The notes beneath the pieces are model-generated. The model was not told the DNA's origin, did not search any database, and saw only the letters and a program-made list of their open reading frames with translations. DNA of 64,000 nucleotides from Lama glama (taxonomy: Eukaryota), in contig CM052817.1 in assembly GCA_028534125.1 (NCBI GenBank), positions 57,290,001 to 57,354,000 on the forward strand, in the 5' to 3' direction. Positions 50,163 to 63,200 of this stretch are shown in pieces; positions within the stretch are counted from its first letter, which is position 1, and the number at the start of each line of letters is the position of its first letter. The position numbers and the translations under genes are program-made.

Positions 50163-51594
50163 GGTCCGGGAATGCTCGGCCTGGGCCGCGCTCGCCCTAG
50201 GGGCCCGTATACTTCAACGCAGCGCGTCCCTCTCAACCATCGCACCCAGGTCTGTCCTTCCCAGCGGTTCAGGCTGTGCAACACTAAAACCTAGTGCCTC
50301 ACATAGCAACTCAGGAAAACATGTATGCGTTTTGAGTTTGGGGTGTCACTGGTTTGGGATTTTCCATCTTAAAACAAGGAACTTCTTAGGAACAAAAGCG
50401 CTCCCATGGCCAAATGAGGTGAAATCTCCAATAAGTGTATAAAACAAAGAGCAGATTGGTCCCTGGGGTCTGGAATGGTGTGGGTGGCAGTGTTAGGGGC
50501 CGAGGTCACTCTCAGCCTTACAAATCTGTGATATGCATGGAAAGAGGGTGTGGGTCTTAAGTCTCTTCGCTTCTCTGGGCTCAGTTTCTCCACGTGTAAC
50601 GGCGATAAAGTTGGCCTCACAGGGATGCTTGGAGGATCAGACACGCTGATCCTTGGGAAAAGCGTGGAAAGTATAAAACTACATGTCATCACGAGGTGTG
50701 AGCAAGTGCAGACTCTTGTTCCAAACCAGAGGAGACTGAGCAAGATGTCCCGCATCCAGCAGCGGCTGATGGCGAGGGGAGAATCTATCCAGGAGAGAAT
50801 CTGAGAATCCCCATTCCATCTTCCCAGATACTGTTTTTCTGAATGCTTCTCCCACACCATCCCTAGCAGCTGTGTAAGGAAGGATTAAAGCGCTTTAGTA
50901 GAAAGTTTATCTCTGTTCCTGGAGAGAGAAAGATGAAGGCATTCGGGCTTTGGAGTTGTGTTAAGTCCAAATGTATGTTGGTCTTACTGTCAGTAGCTAA
51001 ACAGAACAGATGCTACACATTTTTGCAGTGAGCACCATTTTCTCCATATTGCAAAAGAGAAAACTGAGGTTCGTAGAGGTTAATTTGCCCGTGGTCACAA
51101 AGCAAGTAAGTGATGGGTATAAAACTCACAGCTGGGGGAGAAAGAATCAATAACTTTGAACAAAGCCAGCCTTGGGCATAAGCAGGATATGGGCCCGTCC
51201 ATCACATCTTTTCAGACACAATATGAGAACTTCCCTGCCTTAAAAAAAAAAAAGCACTTTCCTCTGCCTGCATATAGAGAAAAGGTTACCATTGGAGAGT
51301 AATTCCTCAGGTTTAAGACATTTTTGTTCTCTTTTTTGAAAAGCAAATTTTCCTGAGAATGGTAATGACTTTAAGCTTTTTTAGTCATTTATACCTAAGT
51401 AAGAAAAAATTTATTATATTCTTCCCTAGGGAGCAGCTTTTGATAAAGAGAAGGATGGAAAGCACAGAGAGAACCTGAATGCTCAGAAGGAAGAAAAAGG
51501 AAAGGGTTCCAGAAAGGGAGGCAGGTTGCCCAAAATTGTCCATTTCACTGTTTCATCTAGAGTTTGGCTTTGAGGCTGGGATATGGTTTTGGTG

Positions 51595-52440
51595 CCAAAA
51601 CATCACATACTGGAAAAGAACAAAGTTGGAGGTCCCACATTTACTGGTTTCAAAACTTACTGCAAAGCTACAGTAATCATGACATACGTTTGGTATGAGG
51701 GATTGCCATATAGAAATTGGAGTCAGAAATAAACTTTAACATGTATGGTCAACTGAGTTTTGACCAAGATGCCAAGAAAACTCAATGGGGGTGGAAACAG
51801 TCTTTTCAACAAATAGTGCTGGGAAAACTGGATATCCACATGTAAAAGATTGAAGTTGGACCATTTACTCACACTGTATATAAAAATTAACCCAATATGG
51901 ATTATAGACCTAAATCAGAGCAAAAAATATAAACTCTTAGAAAATATAGGAGTAAGTCTTCATGAACTCAGGTTGAGCAAAGACTTCTTAGATATGACAT
52001 CAAAAGCACAAGCAACAAAAGTAGAAATAGATAAACTGGATGTAAAATTTAAAACTTGTACTTCAAAGGACACTCAAGAAAGTGAAAGGATGCCCTACAG
52101 GATGGGAGAAAATATTTGCAAATCAAGTATCTGATAAGGAAATTGTATCTAGAATATATAAAGAACTCATATACATCAACAATTAAAAAGACAGCGCTCA
52201 CTTCAGCAGCACATATCCTAAAAAAATTGGAAGGCTACAGAGAAGATTAGCATGGCCTCTGTGCAGGGATGACACACAAACTCGTGAAGTAGTCCATATT
52301 TTTTAATAATAATAATAATTAAAAAGACAAGCCATTGTTAAAACGGGCCAAGTATTTGACTACACATTTCTCCAGAGAAGATATACTAATGGCCATAAGC
52401 ACATGAAAAGATCCTCAGCCTCATTAAGCCATCAGGGAAC
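51595..52440 (+). mobile_element. old L1M ORF2 fragment, interrupted by the U6 copy
   Basis: Peptides KLDHLLTLYIKIN..., DFLDMTSKAQATK; cagtcttttcaacaaatagtgctggg. Confidence 0.85.
52194..52304 (+). pseudogene. RNU6: full-length U6 snRNA retropseudogene
   Basis: gcgctcacttcagcagcacatat...acagagaagattagcatggcc...gatgacacacaaactcgtgaag..tccatatttttt matches U6 end to end; (AAT)4 tail; TSD aattaaaaagaca at 52181-52193 and 52317-52329. Confidence 0.95.
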
Positions 52441-52444
52441 CCAC

Positions 52445-52660
52445 TCACACCCAGCCAGATGTGCGTGAAGACGCCTGTGGATGATTCCAGCCCCCAGCCA
52501 ATCAGCTCTTCCCACCCAGACATGGTGGAGCAGACAGGTCATCCCTCCACGTGCCCCCCGAATCCCTGGCCCACAGGATCCATGCAGATAAGAACATGGG
52601 TGTGGTTTTACCTCCTAAGTTTGGGGTAGTGTGTAATGCTGTCATAGATGACCAGAACAT
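52445..52660 (+). mobile_element. MLT1 LTR 3' half
   Basis: gatgattccagccccagcc...catggtggagcagac...ctaagtttggggtagtgtgtaatgc...atagatgaccagaaca. Confidence 0.75.
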
Positions 52661-53562
52661 CATTCCAACGTAAGTGTTCAGACTCTGTCCCTCTGTCAAC
52701 CTGACCAACGAGGACCAAGGAACAAGAGACATAGGAGCCTCCCTATGAAAATTACCCCCCACAGCAATAGAAACCATCAATTGGGCATCTGTTGTGTGCT
52801 AGAGTGATGCTAGGGGCTTTTTATACTTTATCACTAATCCTCCTGGCAGCCTACCTAGTGTGCGGTACAAGCCCATTGTACAGACGAGGCAGCTGGGGTC
52901 AGGCCATTTTGAATGACTGCCCAGGGGCACATAGACAGTAGATGGCCAGGACTGATATCCATGCTAATCTGACCACTCTCCCACCACATGCTTCCACCCA
53001 CAATGTAGCACCCACACCCAACTCCACCCCCAGGCTCTCCACCAGGCATGCAAGACATTTCCTAAAGCTGCAAGCATGGCACTGAGGTGTAGAAAGAAGG
53101 ATGACATTGCCGTTTCCCTGTCAAAACTTCATAAAACATGCAGAACGCCAAGTGGCAGAGGTGTTCAAGGCATTCATTTTCATTAATTCATCTTATCAAA
53201 AGAAACTTAAATAATAAAAAGGGAATAAGGGGAACTGAAAAACAGAGATTTCACTTCTCTGGCCTCCCCTACCTGGAGTCAAAGACTGGTATAGGGACAG
53301 GAAGAGCCTTTCCACTCTGGACCAGACTCCAGGGTTAGAGCTGGCTGGATCATTTCCTGCCCTGTATGTGCAAGGAAGGTAGCCAAGTTGTAGGAGATGA
53401 TCCAGTGGACCAGGCCTCTTTGGGAAAAGGCCAGAGTCTGCTGTCACCCTGAAGATGGTAGAGTAGATTCTGTCCCTAGGTGTTTCCGTATCAGCTCACC
53501 ACCACGCCACACCCTCAAACAGCTATACAATTATTCAGTATGTAAATTGTTTGTTTAATGTC

Positions 53563-53949
53563 TGTATCAGTCAGGATTCTCCAGAGAAAGAGAGTTATGT
53601 ATTATAAGGAGTCAGCTCATGTGACTTGGAAGCTGAAAAATCTCAAGATTTGCAGTCAGCAAGCTGAAGCCCCAGAAGAGCAGACAGCAGAAGTTCCGTA
53701 CAAATCCAAAGGCAGGAATGGGCTGGTGTCCAGCTCAGGGGTCAGGCTGCTGAAGTTCCTTCTCACTCAGCCTTTTTGTTCTACTCAGCCCTTCCACTGA
53801 TTGGATGAGGCCCACCCACAATCTGCTTTACTCACTCAACTCATTCAAATGTTAATCTCATTCCCAAACACCCAGAATATTCTTAGACTAGATATCTGGA
53901 CCCCCCCACCGTGGCCCAGTCAAGTTGACACATAAAATTGCCCACCACA
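53563..53949 (-). mobile_element. MLT2-like (ERVL) solo LTR
   Basis: tgtatcagtcaggattctccagagaaa...actgattggatgaggcccaccc...ggcccagtcaagttgacacataaaatt..ccaca. Confidence 0.85.
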
Positions 53950-54314
53950 ATGGCATTGGCTCTACCAGACTATAAGCTCCCCAAGGCCAGTGACTAATTT
54001 TTTTCTTGTTCTCAGACATAGTCCCAGAACCTGACAAAATACTTCATCACCAGGAAGATGTCACATAAATATTTGTTGAGTGAATAAGGCCTGACCCCAG
54101 GAGGCTTCTTGATATTAAAGTGCCAAGTCCCCTATGAACACCCAATTATAAGCATGCGTACCTGCATATAAAATAACACCATGCTGTGAACTACCTCTTA
54201 AGTTTCAAAGTCCAAAGTGGGTGACCTACTCAGTCCCCACCAGTAACAGTGATGTCAACTGAAGAGGCAGAAGCCAAAAACAGAGTAAATGTATTCAGGG
54301 ATATGGGTGACTCT

Positions 54315-54625
54315 AGAGTAATCCAGTAGACATGTAATGTGAATCACTGGGGTATTTTTAATTTTCTAGTAGCCCAATTTTAAAAAGTGAGAAGGAGCAG
54401 GTGAAATTAATTTTAATAGTATATTTGATATTACTATAAATATAAAGTATACTTTTTAAATATAATTATTGTACCCAATATGTCCAGAATATCATTTCAG
54501 CATATAATCCATCTAGAAATTATGAATGAGGTAGTTTACCTTCTTCCTTCACACAAAGCTTTTAAAATTCATGCAGCACTTCTCAGTTTGGATGAGCCAC
54601 ATTTCAAAGGCTCCACAGCCAAGTC
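54315..54625. mobile_element. MER33-like hAT element
   Basis: aattttctagtagcc...aggtgaaattaattttaata...cagcacttctcagtttgga..agccacatttcaa. Confidence 0.7.
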
Positions 54626-55041
54626 CAAGGACGGCGGAAGATGTCTGACCACTGGCAAGTGAGGACAGCAGCCTCCTCTGAAGCCCTGGTTGTTTAGCGC
54701 CTGACTTGACTCTCTGTGGGATTAAACGTCCATGTCCCCATGTCTTCTCTGATTTGAGAAAAATCAGACACAGGGTCACCACGGACCTGAAGTCTCTGGA
54801 GCCAGCTGGGGCCTGCCCCACTGTTCACAAGTGGTGAGACCTGGGACAAGTCACTCAGCCTCTCCAGGTGCTGGTAGACTCACAAATGAAATGAAACATT
54901 GCTGGGACCATCAGGCCTCAACACCGTCAAACCTGATGCTCCGCTCTTTCTGCACAAGGATTCCAGGCTGACATCCCCAAACATGGAAGTAAACTGAAGC
55001 CCTGCTACTGGCTTCTTCCACAGAATATCTGAGGCTTGACT

Positions 55042-55398
55042 TTAAAAAGAAGAAAATTCTATAATGAGCAACCGTATGGATGGACCTGGGGGACAGTACG
55101 CTAAGTGACACAAGCCCAGACACAGAGAGACAAGTACTACATATTTCCATTCATGTGGATTATCTAAAATAGCCAGCCTCGTAGCCTCTAGGACTGGAAT
55201 GGCGGTGGCCGGGGGACAAGGAGAAGGAAATGAAGTTATCAATCAACTGGCATAAAGTTTCAGTTAAACCCGATGAGTAAGTGCCGAGGAGGCTGCACAA
55301 CCCTGGGCCCGCGGTCAGCAGCAGTACGCACACTTGAAATCTGCCAGGAGGGTAGGTCTCATACTAAGTATTTTCACCAAAATAAAACATTTAAAAAG
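55042..55398 (+). mobile_element. L1M 3' end, GC-shifted
   Basis: atggatggacctgggggac..gctaagtgacacaagccaga..gacaagtac...aaagtttcagtt...agggtaggtctcat..aataaa. Confidence 0.8.
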
Positions 55399-56549
55399 AA
55401 TGGCTGAGTCTTGAAATGGTGTCTGAAAGGGAGTCCCCACTTCCCGAGTCCCCTCCGTGGGGTTCCTGAGGGAAGCCAGGGCAGGAGAGGCCCCCGTGTG
55501 GCAGATCGCATGGCCGCCATCCATGGAGGGAGCTGGTGGGCTTTCCCAGCCCCTGCCGTGCTCACGGGCTTGCAGCCCAGGCGCGGAGATTTCACATACA
55601 GCAAATCAACTGCCAGAACACAGGATCAGCGGTCCTCTCTCTAACGTGGCCAAAAGATACACATGCTCTCACTCTCTCTGCCATTTTTGGAACCATCCCC
55701 AAAGCTCAGAGGGATGTGGCCTGGGACACCCGAAAATGCAGGCATCTCCAGGGAGTGATGCCAGGATTGGTCATATTAGGAAGACAATCGCAGACACATC
55801 TGGGGCCCTCACAGCTGCTCCCAGTCCTCTGCCCATGATCTGGCTTCCCATTGTCTGCACACCTACCACGTCCTCCCGAGAGCAGCTTCTGAATGTCAGA
55901 GGCATTTAGAAATCAGCTGTCTTCTCCTGTCCTCTATTTCATACATTGGCTTCCCAGCACCTTTGACATTAACCTCCCAAATATTATCTAATCCATGTTC
56001 CCATTCATGATCCGACAGCCTCTTTATCTTTTAGAGAGGTAACAGAGGGGAAAGAAATGAGCCCAACTGGCTTTTTTGGCTGCCCACCTTGTTCTTGGAA
56101 ATCCATTAGCAAGGCAGCCAAGCCTTCTCCCCTGTTGTTAGTACCAGCTGGCAGGCCACAGGCCGACAGTGCATTCACCAGCATCTGGGCTGGTCTACTT
56201 AGCAGAATAAAGCCTGGCTGGTTTTTTTCTCTCTATCAAAGTAAAAGAGGAGTTATGGGTAACTGGCAAATAATCTGAATGAGAAAAAAAATGTTAAAGA
56301 GATTTCCTGCTTACGTAGAACCGTGCAGAACAGCAACTGAAGCCGCACCACTTCTAGGTCCCCTGCAGAGGAGCTGCAAGCTCTCAAGACTGTGGGGAGA
56401 TGGAAGCTCCAGAAGGAGCAGGTGCAAGAGAAGCAGGCAGATGGAGAATGGAAAGAGGATGGAGAAAAGGTTAAAAAAAAAAAAAAGCGTATGGTTCTAG
56501 TGGCCTGGAGGAAGCATGTTTGTTGGATGCCTACGTGGTAGACGTGAAG

Positions 56550-56912
56550 ATAAGCCTTCCAACCCAGCCTGCAGGGAAGGCCTTGACACTTTGCTGCAGG
56601 ACTGTGGCCAGCAGGCAGCCTCCAGACATCAGCTTACGGTTTGCCTCTGATGCTGCGGGAGCTGCCTCACTCAGGAGTACGCCCTTCCCTGGGGCAGCCA
56701 CGTCAGGCAGGTGCATGAGGCAGGGATAGAGAGGGCTGACCATTGCAGCCCCTCCTGGGACAACTTAGATGCGCAGCACTCACTCCGGGGCTGATGCATG
56801 GCATCAGCTTTCCCTCCGCCCAGGCCTGCTCCCTCCCCTTGCCACACACAGGAGCGGATCCCTAGTAAAGGTCTTGCATCTCAGTGTCTGCACCTGAAAA
56901 ACCCCGCCTGCA
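56550..56912. mobile_element. LTR16-like (ERVL) LTR
   Basis: cccttccctggggcagcca...gggacaac...gcccaggcctgctccctccc...catctcagtgtctgc..aaaccc. Confidence 0.5.
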
Positions 56913-58056
56913 GTGGCCTGGCTTTGATGGTGCATTACCCCTCTCAGTCTGCACTGTTGTGGGAGAGATATCTGTAGATTTCCCTTTTACAATTAAGGAA
57001 ACCAAGGCTCTAGGAGGTTTAGTAACTTCCCCTGGGATCACATGATGGCAGAACTCGAGTTGAACTCAGTCGATCCAGCACCAGCATTTGCTACCACAGG
57101 GCCTTGCTAATTAGAAGACCTTCCACATTAATTGCTAATGAGCTAAAGTGTGCCAGAAAGTCTGGGAAGAACTGAGCCCCTTTAATGGGAAGAGTAGAGA
57201 CAAGAGAAACACTACAGACTCCCTTTTCAGTGAGATTTCAGGGTTTCTTGGAAGGCCCCCTGCCCCCACAGTACTCCTCCCACCAGGCCAACTGCTGACC
57301 ACGGTCCCAAACCTGGTGAGGAAAATGAATACATAATGCCGAGAAGAGTATTGCATTTACTTGGTGTGTTTGTGTGGTTAGGTCTGCAAGCCCCCGGGCA
57401 CCCCTTTCTGTGCTCCTTCCTCTCATCCTGTGTTTTGTCTTTTATTCCTACGCTGCCACGGAGAGATATGATCTGATCAACGAACTCCTTCAGAATGACA
57501 TGCAAACAACGTGTGTACATTCTGCAAGATAACTTAGGAAGTGGTGAATGTATCATCCACTCACTGGGGTTCCAGGTTGGGAAGATATTTTAAAACAGGA
57601 GGATCATGACATTTGCTGTCGCCTAATAGAGTTGCATTTGCAAGTCCAACACTCCCACAGCTGTTTATTTCTTTCTAGTTATGGTGCCCGTAATTGAGAT
57701 AAGGTAGATAATGGTCCTTTAGTAATTGTGTAGTGGTAAAAATAGCTATTCTTTACACAGGCATGGTTAAGAGAGATATTTTCTAAAAGCCCGAATAGAA
57801 TTCTTCATTAAGCAACATCATTAAATACTAGTCTCTAAAATATAACACACAATTAAGGGAAGGTTTTTTAATAGAAATAAATAAAATCATTTGAACTCTA
57901 ATTTACTAGTCCTTTCAACAAGTGCTTAATCTAAGCTTAGCTTCCCCCTGGCTGGATAACGATGGCCCTGACTCTTTCACCGTCTAACACTGTGACGCTG
58001 TTCTAGCAAACATCTGAGTTTCACAGGCCCTGATGCTGGCAAGTCTCTGAATCCAG

Positions 58057-58578
58057 GGAAGGGGTCGGGAATTTGCCACCCCCAAATATGCCACATTGGT
58101 GTAAGGATTATTTTGAGCTGAAGGCAACTGAGAGTCAACAGATGCAGGAATTTTTCTCTGCCCTCCTCTTACCTGCCTCCCAGCAGGGCATCCATTTTCC
58201 TTTGCGAAGGTGTTCCCCTTCCCATCCCATAGCAGGAAGAGAAGAGCGTTCTTACACACTGAGAAGAGTCTGCGTAAATACCCCTTACGAAATAACTGTA
58301 TCCTCCATTGGTTCCCCCACATGTCTCCTAGTCACTTCCCCATGATGTATATCCCTTGAAACCCAAGCCCACTTTCCTTTGTTAAAATCATGTTTAGGCC
58401 CCCTAGTCTAACCACTTCTTTGAGTTGCACTTCTTTTTCTGTGAACTTGCATGCAAATAATATATTGATAAAAAATTTTTCTCTTGTCTGTCTATATGTT
58501 GTTAGTTTAATTCACATGCCCCCAGAGACTGGACTTAAGAGAGTAGAGGAAAGTTTTTCTTTCCTACCACCAGCTACA
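58057..58578 (+). mobile_element. solo LTR, MER34/MER39-like (ERV1)
   Basis: gaatttgccaccccaaatatgcc..aaggattattttgagctgaaggcaa...gttagtttaatt..cc..ttaagagagtagaggaaa. Confidence 0.75.
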
Positions 58579-59045
58579 AGCATCTTTTTTCCAAGCCAGA
58601 GAGCCTTTCAATTTCTGTTGAGTTTCCCTGTCATGGGACTCAGGATTCATCCTACTGAACAGTGCAGGTTCTCCTCATTCTCTACTTGGAAGGAAAGCAC
58701 TTTCTGAATAATCTGCCTACTGAAAGGGCAAACCCATTATCCCCTGGCGCATTCTGCTTCTGTAGCAGTGGAAACCTTTGAGACATATGGAGAAAGGGCA
58801 AGCCCAGAAGTCAAGAGGTTTGGGGTCTCTGCTCTATGACCTTGGCAATAACCAATCTGGGGCTCAGTTTCCTTATAGCGGCAGGTGGGGAAGGGAGGGG
58901 AGAGGAGGGGAGAAGGGGAGGGAATGAAGTTGATTTGAACCCCAGTTTTTCTGTTTACTCTCAAAGTCACCTTGAGCCAGCCCCTCACCTGTCCAAGTTT
59001 TAATTTCCCCATCTATAAACTGAGAGAACGGGAAGTTGCCTAGCT

Positions 59046-59230
59046 CAGTGCTTCTCAAGGTGTAGTCCTCCCTGCCAGTAGCATCGCATCAGCACTACTG
59101 GGTAATTTATTAGAAATGCAAATATGTAGGCCTTGCCCAGATCTACTGAATCAGAATCTCTGGGATGTAGCTCAGAAATCTGTTTTAACAGAATTTCTAG
59201 GTGATTCTCACTCAAATTTAAGAACCACTG
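59046..59230 (+). mobile_element. MER5A hAT MITE
   Basis: TIRs cagtgcttctcaa / ttaagaaccactg; ttagaaatgcaaat...ctactgaatcagaatctctggg. Confidence 0.85.
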
Positions 59231-59789
59231 GCCTAAATAATCTCACAGGTCTCTTCCAGATTAAAAACTTCAAACTCTTTTTGCCCCAACCTTAAGATAT
59301 CTCTTTCTCCTTCTCAAAAAACAGAACAAACAACAACAAAAACACCTGCTCCAAACTTCTCTGCTCTCTACAGATTACTAACTTTAAGGGACTTAAAATA
59401 AAATTTGCATTCGGTCATTCCCATAGCAACCTCAACAAAACGATTAAGATGCTTTTGTTTGTTAATACACCTGCTCCTTCTAAAGAGACAGGGTTCCTTT
59501 TTCAGTTATAAAACCAATCTTATCTAAGGATCTCTCTCAAAAACATTTCAGTAATACATAATTACAGTCCCAACCAGCAGTGCAAAGAATGTCATTTAAA
59601 TCATACCACCTAATTAGCCCTCTATGCCAACTCTTCTAAAGGCTAACTCTCAAGATGGAACACAGTCTGAACCCCCAAGTCCACATGATAGAGTCTGTCT
59701 CCATAGGAGCATTCCATCACCTTTACTATTGATTTCACACCTGTCCATTGACTCTACTTTCAGAAAAAGCTGAAGCTGCCAACTCTAGT

Positions 59790-60275
59790 TGGTGAGCCAC
59801 TCTGCTCCACTCTCAGACCATGACGTTCTGGTGCAGCTGACTCCACACACAGCTCCAGGTTTGGCCAATAAAAACCTTCATGGCCCTGGGCACTCAGACT
59901 GATTCAGAGATGGTTATGTGAACCATCAAGGCCAAAGACATTGACTGAAGCTTCCGGGATATTAACATGTATTTTCTCATAGGACTAACATGATATTTCT
60001 CATAGGATTAAACCCTAAAATCTGAAATGATGAAGCCTAGAACACCACAGCTGTTTTAATCCCACAAAGGGAAACTTGTCTGAGATGGAGCCACTAAAGA
60101 GGAAGTGGAGCTGAGGGGCCAGGAGAGAGAACCTGGAGCCAGATGATATCCTTTCTGAGCCTGTATCCAACCATGCCTGAAACCAGTTTTCCTCTGGACA
60201 GTTGGTACAAGACCATTAAATTTCCTTTCTCCACTTTGGGTTGACTTTTCTATCACCTGACACCAAAACCATTTT
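59790..60275 (+). mobile_element. MLT1K/L-like LTR
   Basis: gagcctgtatccaaccatgcctgaaaccag...cattaaatttcct...ctttgggttgacttttctatcac. Confidence 0.65.
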
Positions 60276-63200
60276 AATGGGTATAAATCATTACAGATTT
60301 TGTTAGGCAATTTGTCAGTATCTATAAAAAGAATTCATGTGTGTAACTCTTGTCTTAGCAACTCTACTTTCAGAAATATAATCTTCAGCCATGCTCTCAC
60401 AAGTATAGATATATATGTGTATGTACCATCATGAAGTTCACTGAAGCACTATCCATCACAGCAAAGAGTTGGAAACAACGTACTGTCATTCAATAGAAAC
60501 CTGCCTCATTTTAGGCATTTATGAGGTCATTAAAGAGTAAAACACAACCCCAATCATACGGCCAAAGACTCAGAGCTAGAAGGCATCTTAGGTCAAGGAT
60601 ACGACATCTGTCTCCTGATAGAGGCAAAATCTGAAACCCACAGAAGTAAAGTGACTTGGCTAGTGTCACATAGCAAATTCTTCAAAGAGCCAGGACAACA
60701 TCCTTTATCTTCTGGAGGCCATTCATCCTCTACATCATGCTGGGACTGAAATTCTGATCATGCTGGTCATTGTTAGACAATGGCTAGTGTCTGGCTTTTC
60801 ACTGTAAAATCAATACTCCCAATGCAAACATTAAATCAACATCACACTCTGTGTCAATGATAACAAATTAAGCTGCTTGGAGCTAACAAAAATAGCTTTT
60901 TCCCTACAGACAACTTTTTCTTTCCTTTTCTACTCGTACTCACCCCCTGAAACTCACGCTTGTCATGGTTATCCCAAGCCAAATGGCAGTTCAGAAAACA
61001 GCAGCATCTAAATACCAGTCAGAGCAAAGTGCTATTCGCAGCCACAGAAATAAAAGCAGTTGAAAATGCTGTGCATTCAAGTAACAAAAGATATGATTTC
61101 TGCCTGAGATTGTCTGATAACAGAAGTGAATGATGGTTCTTTGCCTGAAAATACATATTGATTGTTGGCTGTACATTTCACCATGGATAATGCAGAAGTC
61201 ACCATCCTTCAAATGTGTGTGAATTGAAGTTGCTGTTGCCTATTCCTTGCAGGCTGATTTGTAGCAAGAGACAAGACTTCTCCAGCCAATTTTCCATCCT
61301 GGATCATTTGATCTTTCCTTCTAAGGTCCTGGTGTATTGCATATAAAGGGTAGATTGCCTGCATTTGAGGAAGATGAAGGCGCCTTCATATTCTTTCATC
61401 TTTTGCAGAACTGAATTCCTCAGAAGTACCCCCATATTCCCAGGCCCAGCCACCATCTGACAATGTAAATCTCTGGTGGCCTGACCTGCCTTAGGCTGTC
61501 CCCACTTTCTGCTTGACTAAGAATGGGACCAAATGGAAACCAGCACATGTACCGGATGTCATCATTGCTCCCCAGGCCAGACCAAACTCCCTCCTTGCTG
61601 CTCAAATGCACCAAATAGTTGTTTTTAATCACTTTCTGATGCTTAGAAGCATTACGAATGACTGGCTAGTATGGCTCCCAGAATACTTTTAAATCCTGCA
61701 GAAGGTAGTTGGTTGGTCACTGTTGGTCAACAGAGGAAGAGAATGGTCCATCTGAGCATCAACTCCACACTTTTCATAACCCCAGGACATCAGAGTTCAG
61801 TAAGCTTGGGGATTCTGGGTATGAATTTTCTCACAGGATAGAATTCAAGGGCTCCTAAGGTATCTTCTAACCCAAAACCCTTTCTCCAGGAGCCTATTAT
61901 ACCTAAAATGTCACCATTTTATTGTGTTTCATTAGAGTTCAGTCAAATGAGGGGGGTCTCTAAGTGGCCCTTATAAAATTCTAGGACCACTGAGAGGGCT
62001 AAATATTATCTCCACCTCAGTAGAGGTTTCTCCTAAATTGACAGGCACTGAGCACAGGCTTTAAGAGAAATATGAAACATCCCAATTTGGGAGAAACACG
62101 AGGAACAGGAAGAGAGTCACAGAGAGGAAATGCAGAAAGACACGTTGGATGCTCACTTTCCAATTTAGCTCGGGATCAGCTTGAGTAAAACACCAGTCCA
62201 GGTTATGAGAGAAATCAGTCCCAGTGAGGTGGTCTGTGGATAGAAGTAAAACTCTGCAGGACACTCCTGGGACCTCAGGAAGTCCCAGAAGAGGCTTTTC
62301 ATGCCTTTCCAGCCCTGTACCTCACTTCATTGATTGCTCCCAGGTGCCTAATGAGGGAAGCAGGACCAGCGGGCAGACAGACTTGAGGCACGGAGGATGT
62401 GAAGAGGAGAAACACGCCGTTCAAGTGTCAGTGAAAAAGTTGTTAATGCTTTATAGAGTCAGCAAGACAAATTAGTTGACTTCACCTTCTTTTTTTAAAG
62501 TATAACATATTGCAGTTAGTGCGGCACCAAAAATCCCCTTTGGATATACCAATGCTTTATCATCGTTGTCAGCTCTTGCTTTGTCTGACTAATGACTTAA
62601 TCATTTCTCTTTTCCCCAAGTAAGAGCGGAGTCTGTTCCCCCACTCAATGGATACTTAGACCGTGCGCGTATTCAAGGCCACTTTATCATCTCTTTTCAG
62701 CAAGGTCTCTACTGACTGAAACTCTTCTGCTCTAAATGATCCTATAATTGCCCTGAGCTCCCATGTGCACTAAGTTTCTCTTCTGGTTTGTTTTATGTGA
62801 CTATTATAGTACAGGTGGTGCCAAACGTATAGGCACGTCCATCCCACCTACTTCACGTGTATCTGTTTTACTTCTCTGGTTTCTATGACTAACAGAAGCA
62901 GCTGAGCACTTGTGTTTTAGGACAGCCCGTCTGAGATTAACCAATGTGACCTTCATCACAGGACCCACTGGCCTCTAAGAAAACCTGCCTGGGGATAAAT
63001 TCTCCAAACTCTCTCCTCTCAATCATCAAATGTACTTCCCTCATTATCCATCGAGCCTCCTTCAAACTCATCTCAAGATAAATGCTATACCACCTCCCTT
63101 CCCAGAAAAATATCACCTTTTCTTGTTTTGCCCATTTTTGCCTCCTGCTTCCTCTGGAAATATTCATTTCTACCCCTATTCAGCACCTCATCAAAAATGC

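Larger units (their letters stand above)
49550..50300. promoter_or_regulatory. CpG-rich island with CTCF sites (orphan island, insulator or weak promoter)
   Basis: Many CpGs; GC box gggcggggaggg at about 49867; ggccaat at about 49900; two CTCF motifs. Confidence 0.7.

Noticed and set aside
50369..50860. 163-aa minus-strand ORF
   Set aside because: Runs through a GC-shifted MIR; no protein similarity recognised
52194..52304. Functional U6 gene or U6-L1 chimera
   Set aside because: Many substitutions, no upstream promoter, and the TSD flanks U6 alone
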